In this document: positions 1 to 17,867 of the stretch, in pieces
Position numbering within the stretch: the first letter of the stretch is position 1
Layout of the letters: each line of letters opens with the position of its first letter
DNA from: Octopus sinensis
Taxonomy: Eukaryota
Direction of reading: 5' to 3'
Assembly (NCBI RefSeq): GCF_006345805.1
Contig: NC_043002.1
Span: 102,176,001-102,240,000, forward strand
Length of the DNA stretch: 64,000 nt
Made by a program: the position numbers and the translations under genes
Notes under the pieces: generated by a model
Database searches by the model: none
Seen by the model: the letters and a program-made list of their open reading frames with translations, nothing else
What the model was told of the DNA's origin: nothing

Positions 1-1199
1 CAACACCCGTTAAAAGGAGGGCTGGGCATGCCGTGGTTGATGATGCGCAGACACGCGCTGAGACTGCGACATCTCTGGCTCTATGTAGACGACGGTGAAC
101 AGGTGTGGTCGCCGTTTGTGAGGCACGCTTTCCCGCAGCTCGTCTCCATGACCGAACTGCAGTCGTGGATCAAAAAGAGGCCGAGGAAGGGCGAATGGCA
201 CCGCGAGTGTCGCGTTGCTCTCAAGCAACTCTGCCGTCCTGGGTCGACCTTAAGTGACTTCAACACAACCAAAGCATTCTATAGGGGTTTAGTGGAGGGG
301 AGGTACGACGACGAGCTCGGGGCGAACCTGGACGTCGACGAGGAGTACCTGACCCGCCTGTTCGGGACGACTTCGGGCCAGGGCCCATGGACAACTTCCA
401 GAGATCCCTGGCCTGGCAGTGCTACCGAGAAGCGCTACCCGTTCGGGATAAGCTCTACAGACACGGCTCGAGAAACACGGGGCCGACCTGCCCGAGATGC
501 GGTCAGAGCGACGAAACCGTTCTGCACGCACTCGTTCAGTGTCCAACAATTTCCGACCTGTGGGCTTATGTCGAACAACTGCTGTCACGTGTGGGACGAG
601 TCGGTTTATCAGCTGAGTCTATCGTCAATATTGTCACGCCTCCTTCCTTCAAACGGGAAGGAAGAGCTATTTCATCATCCTTGTGGCTATGGCGAAAGAA
701 TGTATCTGGTGGACGCGTCTGAAAGGATTGGAGACAAACACTTTCCTCTCTGGTCAATCTCTCATCAACTTCTTCAAGTACCACTTGAAAAGGAAAGTGA
801 GAGTAGAGAGGCAAGTTTTGTCTAGCGAATGTTTTAAAAAAAGATGGGTGAATGTAGCAAGAATGGCACGTATGAATGACGAAGCCACCTTGAGCATAGT
901 CCTATGAACCCAGAAATCGAAAACAGAGAGTTGCTTATTTGCAAAAAAAAAAAAATAAAAAAAGAAATATAAATGTGACTTCATTGACCGAGGTTACCGT
1001 GGTCTTTTCCGCAGGCTTTTCTTTCCACGGGTAAACCTCACCTGTCCTCCCCTTTACACTTCATATTGACATTTCTGTGATAACGATCCCTATTGATCAT
1101 TTTTTTTCCTCTCCCCCCCCCCTTTTTTTTTTTTTTAACCCCCCTTATTTTTGTCCTCTTTCTCTCCTTTTACGATCCCTTTTGATCGAACCTCCCCCT

Positions 1200-1233
<34 letters not shown>

Positions 1234-1305
1234 CCTTCAAAAGAAAAGCTCTACCTTGTAATTTGTTCTATCTGTGTGCAGCCCTGTGTGGCTAATAAAG
1301 AAACA
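1..1305 (+). mobile_element. Tx1-type non-LTR retrotransposon, subfamily A copy A1 (3' part, cut by window edge)
   Basis: Frameshifted ORF2 C-terminus (ORFs 28..825, 387..722, 683..907) with CPRCGQSDETVLHALVQC finger, stop at 907, ~400-nt 3' UTR ending GCTAATAAAGAAACA, then (TATC)n. Confidence 0.9.
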
Positions 1306-1472
<167 letters not shown>

Positions 1473-2408
1473 ACAAAGGCATTCTATAGAGGATTAGTGG
1501 AGGGAGGATGCGACGACGAACTCGGGCAGAGTCTGGCGTCGACGAGGAACACTGACCCGCCTGTTCAGGACAACTTTCGGGCCGGGACCTATGAACAATC
1601 ACCAAAGATCCCTGGCCTGGCAGTGCTATCGAGAGCATTACCTGTTCGGGATAAGCTCTACAGACACGGTTCCAGACACACTGGACCGACTTGCCCGAGA
1701 TGCGGTCAGAGCGACGAAACCGTTCTGCACGCACTCGTGCAATGTCCAACCATTTCCGACCTGTGGGTTATGCCGAACGGCTGCTGTCACGTGTGGGACG
1801 AATCCGCCTATCGGCCGAGTCTATCGTGAGAATTGCTCCGCCCCCTTCCCTCAACCGGGAAGGCAAGGCAGTTTTCATCGTACTGGTGGCCATGGTGAAA
1901 GAATGTGTGTGGTGGACTCGAGCGAAAGGATTAGAGACAAACACTTACCTCTTGGCCAATCGCTCATCAACTTTTTCAAGTACCACTTGAAAAGGAAGGT
2001 GAGAATGGAGAGGGAAGTTTGTCTCGCGAAAGATTCAAAAAAAGATGGGTGAATGTTGCAAAGATGGTGCGTGCTAGTAACGAAACCATTTTGAGCATGA
2101 TCCTGTAGATCGTAAAAAAGAAAAAAAGAGAGCATTTTTGACCTCATGTGTTTATTTCCTCCCTGACTGGGGTTCCCGTGGTCTTTTCTGTAGGCTTTTC
2201 TTCCCACGGATGAACCCAATCTTGTTATATCAATGTTTACACCATTATTTCTGTGATACACGATTTTCTTTTTTTTCCTTTTTTTCCTCCTCTCGACCCC
2301 TTTTGATCGCAATCTTACATTTTTATTTTTTCCACCCTCGAAAAGAAAAGCTCTGCATTTGTATTTGTCCCCTCTGTATTCAGCCCTGTGTGGCTAATAA
2401 AAGAAAGT
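1473..2408 (+). mobile_element. Tx1 subfamily B copy B1, 5'-truncated (~0.94 kb)
   Basis: Matches the last ~0.9 kb of B5/B6; many single-base indels; ends GCTAATAAAAGAAAGT. Confidence 0.92.
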
Positions 2409-6804
<4,396 letters not shown>

Positions 6805-6808
6805 ACAT

Positions 6809-9800
6809 ACAAAATACCCAAACCCCACATCCAAAACCGCATACACCACAACCAAACGCTCACCAACCAACACCAACAACAAAACCAACACAGTCGACAA
6901 TAGACCCCAATACTTTCCCTCTTCCAGACTCCGATTCGTCTGATCTGTCATTAGACGAAGAAGACACGGAAGTTTGGCAATAGCCACAGGGGGGAGAAGA
7001 AAAAGGGGAAAAAAAGAAAAGAAAAAATAACAAACAAAGCGGGAAGATACACCACTCCCGAAACAAAAACATCCACAGAAAACACACACATCAACACAAA
7101 CACACACATCATCAAACCCCCCAAAAATGTTGACAGCCATAAACACAAACAACCACGACCTAATGGAACACATTAGGTCAAACACTAACATTACTGAAAA
7201 CGACATAAAACAAGTAACCACCACACACAACACACCACAACACATTAAAATAATACACGTGACACAGAACACATACAGCACCCTGAAATCTCTTTACCCT
7301 GATGCAGTAGGGAGATTTCAAAGTACTCATCAAAAAAACTGTACAAAAGCCTCATAGAAGAAGACCGTGAGGTGAAAGACAAGAACTTTCGAAAGACAAG
7401 TAACCTTTTCTCTCTCCTTTTCCTTTTTTGCACTTTTATCGGAACATGCTCAGAATAGGTAGTATAAATGTACGTGGCTTGGGGTCGCCTTGGAACAAGG
7501 CTACCTGTTAAATGACATCAAGTCACTAAATCTGAATATCATAGCCATCAGTGAGACCAGACTCCACAGCTTGCGGGCACTCCAGCACATTTTCGGTACA
7601 CATTTCAACATTTATTTTTCTCCGTGTCTACCGAGAATGGGCGGAGGTGGCACCGCGGTGCTCATCCGGAAGAGTCTGGATCTCAAAGTAAGAGCAAATT
7701 TCCTAGACCCGGGGGGTAGGCTGGTCGTTTTGGATGTCGATGGCAGCAATGAGTGTGCTTTTCGACTGATAGCAGTTTATGCTCCGTCCTTAACAGGCCG
7801 ACCAGATTTCTTTCGACGTCTAGAGTCTTTCATGGGAACGTCTCGTCCTTTACTTTTAGTGGGGGATTGGAATGCCACCCTGGACACGCATCTAGACTAC
7901 GTGGGCAGAGATAGCAATAGAAGGGGATGCAAATGCCTCAAAGACCTGCTCAGACGTTTCCAACTGTCTGACAGGTACCGACTGGACCACCCGAATGTGC
8001 CAATGTGGACATGGAGTAACCGCATCGGGTCGTCCAGATCATACTTAGATAGAGTATTCTGTAGGACAATAGATAAAAATAGTGTAGGTTGTCCACAATT
8101 TCATATAGTCAGTTACACAGATCACAAGTTTGTGACTTGTACACTTGACTTAGATAAGACACATAGGCAGGGTCCTGGTTACTGGAAACTGAACGCGTCT
8201 TTTACAGCACGACAGGTTTACAGGGACCGGATCAGCACATTAGTTAAGAGAGCTTTGACGGGTACCATCATCAACAACAGATGGTGGTATGCCCTAAAAA
8301 AAGCGATTAAAGCAGAATCAGTCAGATACAGTAGAGCCCTAGCATTAGACCGAAATAGAGTAGAGGGAGAATTAGTTAAGGTTTTAGAAGAGGCACTTAG
8401 AACTGGCATCGCGTCCAACGTACTGGCGGCGAGATTGGCCCTCGACCAACACCTCAACGCCAAACACGAGGGATGCGTTGTCAGAGCTAGGATGCGTGCT
8501 CTGAGGAACGAAGGAGTTGGAGCCGCCCAAGAGGCCCGAGTGGTGGAGACGCAACGAGGCAACAGAGCCACCATCAAGTCTCTTATAGATGAACAGGGGC
8601 GCGAATTGCTCGAGCCTAAAAGGATGTGTGGGGTTTTTCAACAACACTTCACCCAACTGTTTGGGACAAAGTGGTGAGTCAGAAAGCAGAGTGGACTTTA
8701 GTGCCTACCTGCATGCCTTGCCACGACTCTCAGCAAGGGAGGTGGAGTCTTGTGAAAAGCCTATCACAGCTGCGGACGTACAGGATGCGATGGTAGGCTG
8801 CGCGAGAGACAAGTCACCAGGCTTGGATGGTCTGCCCTACGAATTTTATTTTCATATGCCAGACTTGTTTGGAGGCGTCTTGGCAGCTGTCTACTGCAAC
8901 TGGCAGCAGAACGGGAGTATTCTGCTTTGTAAAGCGAGGAGCAGTGGCACTGATCAAGAAAGACCCAAACAAGGGGACGTCATAGATAATTTCAGGCCCA
9001 TCACTCTGCTCAACGCAGATTTGAAAATTTTGGCCAAGGTGTTAGCCGAGAGGTTGGCGCTTGTCATCAAGAAACTAATCGACAAGGCGCAAACATGCGC
9101 CGTGCCGGGTAGAAGTATTCATGACAACCTCCATCTGATGCGCTACATCATAGACAGGGTAGTTAAAAATCCTGGCATGGGTGGGGCGCTGATCAATTTG
9201 GATCAATCAAAAGCCTTCGATAGGGTAGACCATCACTACTGGAGGCTGTCCTCAAAGCGGCTGTTTCGGTCCAGTTTTCCGCGGTTGGATCGCTGCCTTA
9301 TACAGCGGCATCCGCTCAGTAGTTCGCGTAAATGGTCATCTATCCAGACCTTTTAACATCATGCGTTCGGTTCGTCAGGGATGCCCCCTCTCATCGCTGC
9401 TGTATGTACTGACTCTTGAGCCCTACTGCGGAAACTGGCGACGCTGAGGGGCATCCCACGAGAGCTGGGATGCGGGAGGAGCGTGTCTGCATACGCGGAT
9501 GACGTCACCGTCATAGTGTCGAGCTACGAGCACATCGAGCTGGTCGGCGAGACACTGAAAGAATACGAAGCGGTAACGGGAGCAAAAATTAACCGGGAAA
9601 AGTCAGTGGGCTTGCGGCTCGGCACCTGGAGAAGCAAGCCCATGCCGTCCAACAGCGTCTCCATCGTGGGACGCTGGACGGACGGACCGGTTAAATTGCT
9701 CGGGGTCTGGTTCGGTCCGGACCTCCAAATGGAGAAGAACTGGGGCGAGATAACGACTAGGGTGGCTACTCTCACCCAGAAATGGACTGAGAGAAAGCTA

Positions 9801-11176
9801 TCCCTAAAGGTCGGGCGGAGGTGGCGAACGCGTACATCGCATCCGTCATCGAGTACCGTCTGACCGTCGTGCCTTGTCCCGACCCTACCATCACCAAACT
9901 GGAACGCATACTCTTCCGCTTCTTGTGGAAGGGAAACGTTCCGATGGTTAGGCGATCCATTTGCTGCCAACACCCGCTAAATGGAGGGCTGGGCATGCCG
10001 TGGTTGATGATGCGCAGACATGCGCTGAGACTGCGACATCTCCGGCGCTTCATAGACAACGGTGAACAGGGGTGGTCGCCTTTTGTGCGGCGCGCTTTCC
10101 CGCAGCTCGTCTCCTTGGACGAACTACAGTCATGGATCAAGCAGAGACCGAGGCTAGGCGAATGGCACCGTGAGTGTCGCGTTGCTCTCAAGCAACTCTG
10201 CCGTCCGGGATCGAACTTGTGCGACTCCATCACAACAAAGGCATTCTATAGAGGATTAGTGGAGGGGAGGTGCGACGACGAACTCGGGCAGAGTCTGGGC
10301 GTCGACGAGGAACACCTGACCCGCCTGTTCAGGACAACTTTCGGGCCGGGACCTATGAACAATCACCAAAGATCCCTGGCCTGGAAGTGCTATCGAGAAG
10401 CATTACCTGTTCGGGATAAGCTCTACAGACACGGTTCCAGACACACTGGACCGACTTGCCCGAGATGCGGTCAGAGCGACGAAACCGTTCTGCACGCACT
10501 CGTGCAATGTCCAACCATTTCCGACCTGTGGGCTTATGCCGAACGGCTGCTGTCACGTGTGGGACGAATCCGCCTATCGGCCGAGTCTATCGTGAGAATG
10601 CTCCGCCCCCTTCCCTCAACCGGGAAGGCAAGGCAGTTTTCATCGTACTGGTGGCCATGGTGAAAGAATGTGTGTGGTGGACTCGAGCGAAAGGATTAGA
10701 GACAAACACTTACCTCTCTGGCCAATCGCTCATCAACTTTTTCAAGTACCACTTGAAAAGGAAGGTGAGAATGGAGAGGGAAGTTTTGTCTCGCGAAAGA
10801 TTCAAAAAAAGATGGGTGAATGTTGCAAAGATGGTGCGTGCTAGTAACGAAACCATTTTGAGCATGATCCTGTAGATCGTAAAAAAGAAAAAAGAGAGCA
10901 TTTTTGACCTCATGTGTTTATTTCCTCCCTGACTGGGGTTCCCGTGGTCTTTTCTGTAGGCTTTTCTTCCCACGGATGAACCCAATCTTGTTATATCAAT
11001 GTTTACACCATTATTTCTGTGATACACGATTTTCTTTTTTTTCCTTTTTTTCCTCCTCTCGATCCCTTTTGATCGCAATCTTACATTTTTTTATTTTTTT
11101 CCACCCTCGAAAAGAAAAGCTCTGCATTTGTATTTGTCCCCTCTGTATTCAGCCCTGTGTGGCTAATAAAAGAAAG

Positions 11177-11177
<1 letters not shown>
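6809..11177 (+). mobile_element. Tx1 subfamily B copy B4, truncated within ORF1 (~4.4 kb)
   Basis: ORF1 C-terminal part, inter-ORF pyrimidine spacer, complete but frameshifted ORF2, 3' UTR. Confidence 0.93.
7446..10875 (+). pseudogene. B4 ORF2 (APE endonuclease-RT-CCHC), frameshifted as assembled
   Basis: Pieces 7490..8677, 8589..9356, 9483..9863, 9821..10663, 10456..10875 tile the protein seen in B5/B6. Confidence 0.85.

Positions 11178-11242
<65 letters not shown>
11178..11242 (+). repeat. (TATC)n tract 5
   Basis: Pure TATC. Confidence 0.98.
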
Positions 11243-11465
11243 CTTGACTGACGGATGTGATGTCGTTTCGGCTCCGAAGGTAATCATTTATTTTGACTAT
11301 TTAAAAGTGTATATTGACAAACATTTTTTGCCTAAAAGTTGTACAACAACATCCACTGTAAACCTTTGATAAATATCGACACAAAATTTTGCCCCTTGTG
11401 GGCAAAATTTAAAAGAAAAAATTCTCATAGCCTTCGTGGTTTCATTTAGCCATTTTATTTCCAAA

Positions 11466-13608
11466 ATGGCCACTGGCCACCACGAGGCTGAGTTGCAAGT
11501 GAAGCGTGACGCAGAAACAGAAAAACAGGATGCCCTGTTAGCATACGCCGAACCTGACAACTCCACCACCACCAACAGCAACAAATACAAAACAAAGGTC
11601 GCAAGGCCAAGCACCGTCAACACCATCAGTGAGTCCACCACCACCACCAACACCATGGCAGAATCTGCTACTAAAACTGCTAACCCTACTAAAGATATCG
11701 CCACCAATAACATCACCATCACCGTCACCAAAGACCGTGCTGTCAATGCTACTAATACTACCAACACACCGCCGTCACCAAGACGACAATAACAACAACA
11801 ACAACGACGACGACAACAACAATTCCCTTCAACCACTGCTCACTCCATCACCAACAAGTGAAAAAATAACGACGACAAGGAAACGAAATGTCGAATTTTG
11901 CCCTAGTGCAGGACTAAAGTACGCAGGCAATTTTCCACCCCTTCCTACTTGCACGATCGAACCTAACACACCAATTTTACAAACTGCAGCCAACAACAAC
12001 ATCACCACAAGCAACAACAATAACAAAACAACAACAAATTTCGCTGAGGCGATTAAAGAAAAAAAAACAACAATATACTTTACGGCTCAACAATTACAGG
12101 ACACGAACATCAAAATAACAGAATCAGAAGGTATCGTAAAAATTAACATACCAGAAGATATTTTGGAAAATGAAAAAAGACGAACAATCATTTATAAAAT
12201 AGTTAACAAAAAAACAAAAATCCCAGAGAAGGCCAACACAGGCAAAATAGAGAAGTGCTTGAAACCCATCTGGGATCACAAAGAATATGTAACCTGGTGG
12301 AACAAATTTGCCCACATACAAGTCGTTTTCTACACCGAAGAGTTAGCTAGACATTTCTCAACGCTAACTCTTCACTCAGATGAACTCCAACTTACACCAA
12401 GCTATCGGGGACAGAAAGTGACTAAGATCACTCTAAACAATGTCCCCAAAATAGCCAATAGTCTATGGCTTGTAAAGGCTTTATGCGTAAAAATGGCGAA
12501 TTATACTATTTTGGAAACCACAGTCACAGAGCATAAAAACTGGGTGGGAAAAAAAATAGAATTTCTTCTACATATACATCATGAAGATATAAAAAAAATA
12601 CCCACCCAGATATGTGTATCAGACGACCACAAGTTATATGTGGTCGTCGATGGCAGAAGACCACGTTGTTACATATGCGGCAGTGAGCAACATCTCAAAA
12701 AGACTGCAAATCTGCCGCAAGAAAAACAACAGCAACAACAACAGCAGCCGGAAACAAAAAAAATAAACAAGGTTTACTACCCACACCACTTTTTGCAGGA
12801 ACAAACCTCACCAAACAAACAACCACACCAACTGCAGCACCAAGAACAGAAGCAGCATCACCAACAACAACAACCAAGAATATACCAACTCCCAAACCAA
12901 GGACATCTGCCAAAAAGACACCCAGCATAAATGAAGAAACAATTACAACTCCAAATCCCACAAAATTGAGACCCTAAACAACACAACAATACCCACAATC
13001 ACTCAAACACAAAATACCCAAACCCCACATCCAAAACCGCATACACCACAACCAAACGCTCACCAACCAACACCAACAACAAAACCAACACAGTCGACAA
13101 TAGACCCCAATACTTTCCCTCTTCCAGACTCCGATTCGTCTGATCTGTCATTAGACGAAGAAGACACGGAAGATTGGCAAATAGCCACAGGGGGAGAAAA
13201 AAAAGGGGAAAAAAAAGAAAAGAAAAAATAACAAACAAAGCGGGAAGATACACCACTCCCGAAACAAAAACATCCACAGAAAACACACACATCAACACAA
13301 ACACACCATCATCAAACCCCCCAAAAATGTTGACAGCCATAAACACAAACAACCACGACCTAATGGAACACATTAGGTCAAACACTAACATTACTGAAAA
13401 CGACATAAAAACAAGTAACCACCCACACACAACACCACCACAACACATTAAAATAATACACGTGACACAGAACACATACAGCACCCTGAAATCTCTTTAC
13501 CCTGATGCAGTAGGGAGATTTCAAAAGTACTCATCAAAAAAACTGTACAAAAGCCTCATAGAAGAAGACCGTGAGGTGAAAGACAAAGAACTTTCGAAAG
13601 ACAAGTAA
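11466..13608 (+). CDS. B5 ORF1 (~710 aa nucleic-acid-binding protein), several frameshifts as assembled
   Basis: ATG 11466 (MATGHHEAE); ORFs 11436..11792, 11629..12930, 13174..13608 tile it; zinc knuckle CYICGSEQH...; stop at 13608. Confidence 0.75.
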
Positions 13609-13649
13609 CCTTTTCTCTCTCCTTTTCCTTTTTTGCACTTTATCGGAAC

Positions 13650-16600
13650 ATGCTCAGAATAGGTAGTATAAATGTACGTGGCTTGGGTCGCCTTGGAAAC
13701 AAGGCTACCTGTTAAATGACATCAAGTCACTAAATCTGAATATCATAGCCATCAGTGAGACCAGACTCCACAGCTTGCGGGCACTCCAGCACATTTTCGG
13801 TACACATTTCAACATTATTTTTCTCCGTGTCTACCGAGAATGGGCGGAAGGTGGCACCGCGGTGCTTATCCGGAAGAGTCTGGATCTCAAAGTAAGAGCA
13901 AATTTCCTAGACCCGGAGGGTAGGCTGGTCGTTTTGGATGTCGATGGCAGCAATGAGTGTGCTTTTCGACTGATAGCAGTTTATGCTCCGTCCTTACAGG
14001 CCGACCAGATTTCTTTCGACGTCTAGAGTCTTTCATGGGAACGTCTCGTCCTTTACTTTTAGTGGGGGATTGGAATGCCACCCTGGACACGCATCTAGAC
14101 TACGTGGGCAGAGATAGCAATAGAAGGGGATGCAAATGCCTCAAAGACCTGCTCAGACGTTTCCAACTGTCTGACAGGTACCGACTGGACCACCCGAATG
14201 TGCCAATGTGGACATGGAGTAACCGCATCGGGTCGTCCAGATCATACTTAGATAGAGTATTCTGTAGGACAATAGATAAAAATAGTGTAGGTTGTCCACA
14301 ATTTCATATAGTCAGTTACACAGATCACAAGTTTGTGACTTGTACACTTGACTTAGATAAGACACATAGGCAGGGTCCTGGTTACTGGAAACTGAACGCG
14401 TCTTTTACAGCACGACAGGTTTACAGGGACCGGATCAGCACATTAGTTAAGAGAGCTTTGACGGGTACCATCATCAACAACAGATGGTGGTATGCCCTAA
14501 AAAAAGCGATTAAAGCAGAATCAGTCAGATACAGTAGAGCCCTAGCATTAGACCGAAATAGAGTAGAGGGAGAATTAGTTAAGGTTTTAGAAGAGGCACT
14601 TAGAACTGGCATCGCGTCCAACGTACTGGCGGCGAGATTGGCCCTCGACCAACACCTCAACGCCAAACACGAGGGATGCGTTGTCAGAGCTAGGATGCGT
14701 GCTCTGAGGAACGAAGGAGTTGGAGCCGCCCAAGAGGCCCGAGTGGTGGAGACGCAACGAGGCAACAGAGCCACCATCAAGTCTCTTATAGATGAACAGG
14801 GGCGCGAATTGCTCGAGCCTAAAAGGATGTGTGGGGTTTTTCAACAACACTTCACCCAACTGTTTGGGACAAGTGGTGAGTCAGAAAGCAGAGTGGACTT
14901 TAGTGCCTACCTGCATGCCTTGCCACGACTCTCAGCAAGGGAGGTGGAGTCTTGTGAAAAGCCTATCACAGCTGCGGACGTACAGGATGCGATGGTAGGC
15001 TGCGCGAGAGACAAGTCACCAGGCTTGGATGGTCTGCCCTACGAATTTTATTTTCATATGCCAGACTTGTTTGGAGGCGTCTTGGCAGCTGTCTACTGCA
15101 ACTGGCAGCAGAACGGGAGTATTCCTGCTTTTGTAAAGCGAGGAGCAGTGGCACTGATCAAGAAAGACCCAAACAAGGGGGACGTCATAGATAATTTCAG
15201 GCCCATCACTCTGCTCAACGCAGATTTGAAAATTTTGGCCAAGGTGTTAGCCGAGAGGTTGGCGCTTGTCATCAAGAAACTAATCGACAAGGCGCAAACA
15301 TGCGCCGTGCCGGGTAGAAGTATTCATGACAACCTCCATCTGATGCGCTACATCATAGACAGGGTAGTTAAAAATCCTGGCATGGGTGGGGCGCTGATCA
15401 ATTTGGATCAATCAAAAGCCTTCGATAGGGTAGACCATCACTACTTGGAGGCTGTCCTCAAAGCGGCTGGTTTCGGTCCAGTTTTCCGCGGTTGGATCGC
15501 TGCCTTATACAGCGGCATCCGCTCAGTAGTTCGCGTAAATGGTCATCTATCCAGACCTTTTAACATCATGCGTTCGGTTCGTCAGGGATGCCCCCTCTCA
15601 TCGCTGCTGTATGTACTGACTCTTGAGCCACTACTGCGGAAACTGGCGACGCTGAGGGGCATCCCACGAGAGCTGGGATGCGGGAGGAGCGTGTCTGCAT
15701 ACGCGGATGACGTCACCGTCATAGTGTCGAGCTACGAGCACATCGAGCTGGTCGGCGAGACACTGAAAGAATACGAAGCGGTAACGGGAGCAAAAATTAA
15801 CCGGGAAAAGTCAGTGGGCTTGCGGCTCGGCACCTGGAGAAGCAAGCCCATGCCGTCCAACAGCGTCTCCATCGTGGGACGCTGGACGGACGGACCGGTT
15901 AAATTGCTCGGGGTCTGGTTCGGTCCGGACCTCCAAATGGAGAAGAACTGGGGCGAGATAACGACTAGGGTGGCTACTCTCACCCAGAAATGGACTGAGA
16001 GAAAGCTATCCCTAAAAGGTCGGGCGGAGGTGGCGAACGCGTACATCGCATCCGTCATCGAGTATCGTCTGACCGTCGTGCCTTGTCCCGACCCTACCAT
16101 CACCAAACTGGAACGCATACTCTTCCGCTTCTTGTGGAAGGGAAACGTTCCGATGGTTAGGCGATCCATTTGCTGCCAACACCCGCTAAATGGAGGGCTG
16201 GGCATGCCGTGGTTGATGATGCGCAGACATGCGCTGAGACTGCGACATCTCCGGCGCTTCATAGACAACGGTGAACAGGGGTGGTCGCCTTTTGTGCGGC
16301 GCGCTTTCCCGCAGCTCGTCTCCTTGGACGAACTACAGTCATGGATCAAGCAGAGACCGAGGCTAGGCGAATGGCACCGCGAGTGTCGCGTTGCTCTCAA
16401 GCAACTCTGCCGTCCGGGATCGAACTTGTGCGACTCCATCACAACAAAGGCATTCTATAGAGGATTAGTGGAGGGGAGGTGCGACGACGAACTCGGGCAG
16501 AGTCTGGGCGTCGACGAGGAACACCTGACCCGCCTGTTCAGGACAACTTTCGGGCCGGGACCTATGAACAATCACCAAAGATCCCTGGCCTGGCAGTGCT

Positions 16601-17085
16601 ATCGAGAAGCATTACCTGTTCGGGATAAGCTCTACAGACACGGTTCCAGACACACTGGACCGACTTGCCCGAGATGCGGTCAGAGCGACGAAACCGTTCT
16701 GCACGCACTCGTGCAATGTCCAACCATTTCCGACCTGTGGGCTTATGCCGAACGGCTGCTGTCACGTGTGGGACGAATCCGCCTATCGGCCGAGTCTATC
16801 GTGAGAATTGCTCCGCCCCCTTCCCTCAACCGGGAAGGCAAGGCAGTTTTCATCGTACTGGTGGCCATGGTGAAAGAATGTGTGTGGTGGACTCGAGCGA
16901 AAGGATTAGAGACAAACACTTACCTCTCTGGCCAATCGCTCATCAACTTTTTCAAGTACCACTTGAAAAGGAAGGTGAGAATGGAGAGGGAAGTTTTGTC
17001 TCGCGAAAGATTCAAAAAAAGATGGGTGAATGTTGCAAAGATGGTGCGTGCTAGTAACGAAACCATTTTGAGCATGATCCTGTAG
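13650..17085 (+). CDS. B5 ORF2 (APE endonuclease, reverse transcriptase, CCHC finger)
   Basis: Open from ~13995 to 17085 (1042-aa ORF 13957..17085); GDWNA, YLDR, TDH, QGCPLS, YADD, CPRC..H...C; a few indels in the first 350 nt. Confidence 0.9.
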
Positions 17086-17379
17086 ATCGTAAAAAAGAAA
17101 GAAAGAGAGCATTTTTTGACCTCATGTGTTTATTTCCTCCCTGACTGGGGTTCCCGTGGTCTTTTCTGTAGGCTTTTCTTCCCACGGATGAACCCAATCT
17201 TGTTATATCAATGTTTACACCATTATTTCTGTGATACACGATTTTCCTTTTTTTTCCTCCTCTCGATCCCTTTTGATCGCAACCTTACATTTTTTATTTT
17301 TTTCCACCCTCGAAAAGAAAAGCTCTGCATTTGTATTTGTCCCCTCTGTATTCAGCCCTGTGTGGCTAATAAAAGAAAG

Positions 17380-17820
<441 letters not shown>

Positions 17821-17867
17821 AAATTCTCATAGCCTTCGTGGTTTCATTTAGCCATTTTATTTCCAAA

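Noticed and set aside
14421-16765. Recurrent antisense ORFs inside ORF2 (up to 236 aa)
   Set aside because: Recur only because copies are near identical; no recognisable domains; expected in GC-balanced coding DNA.
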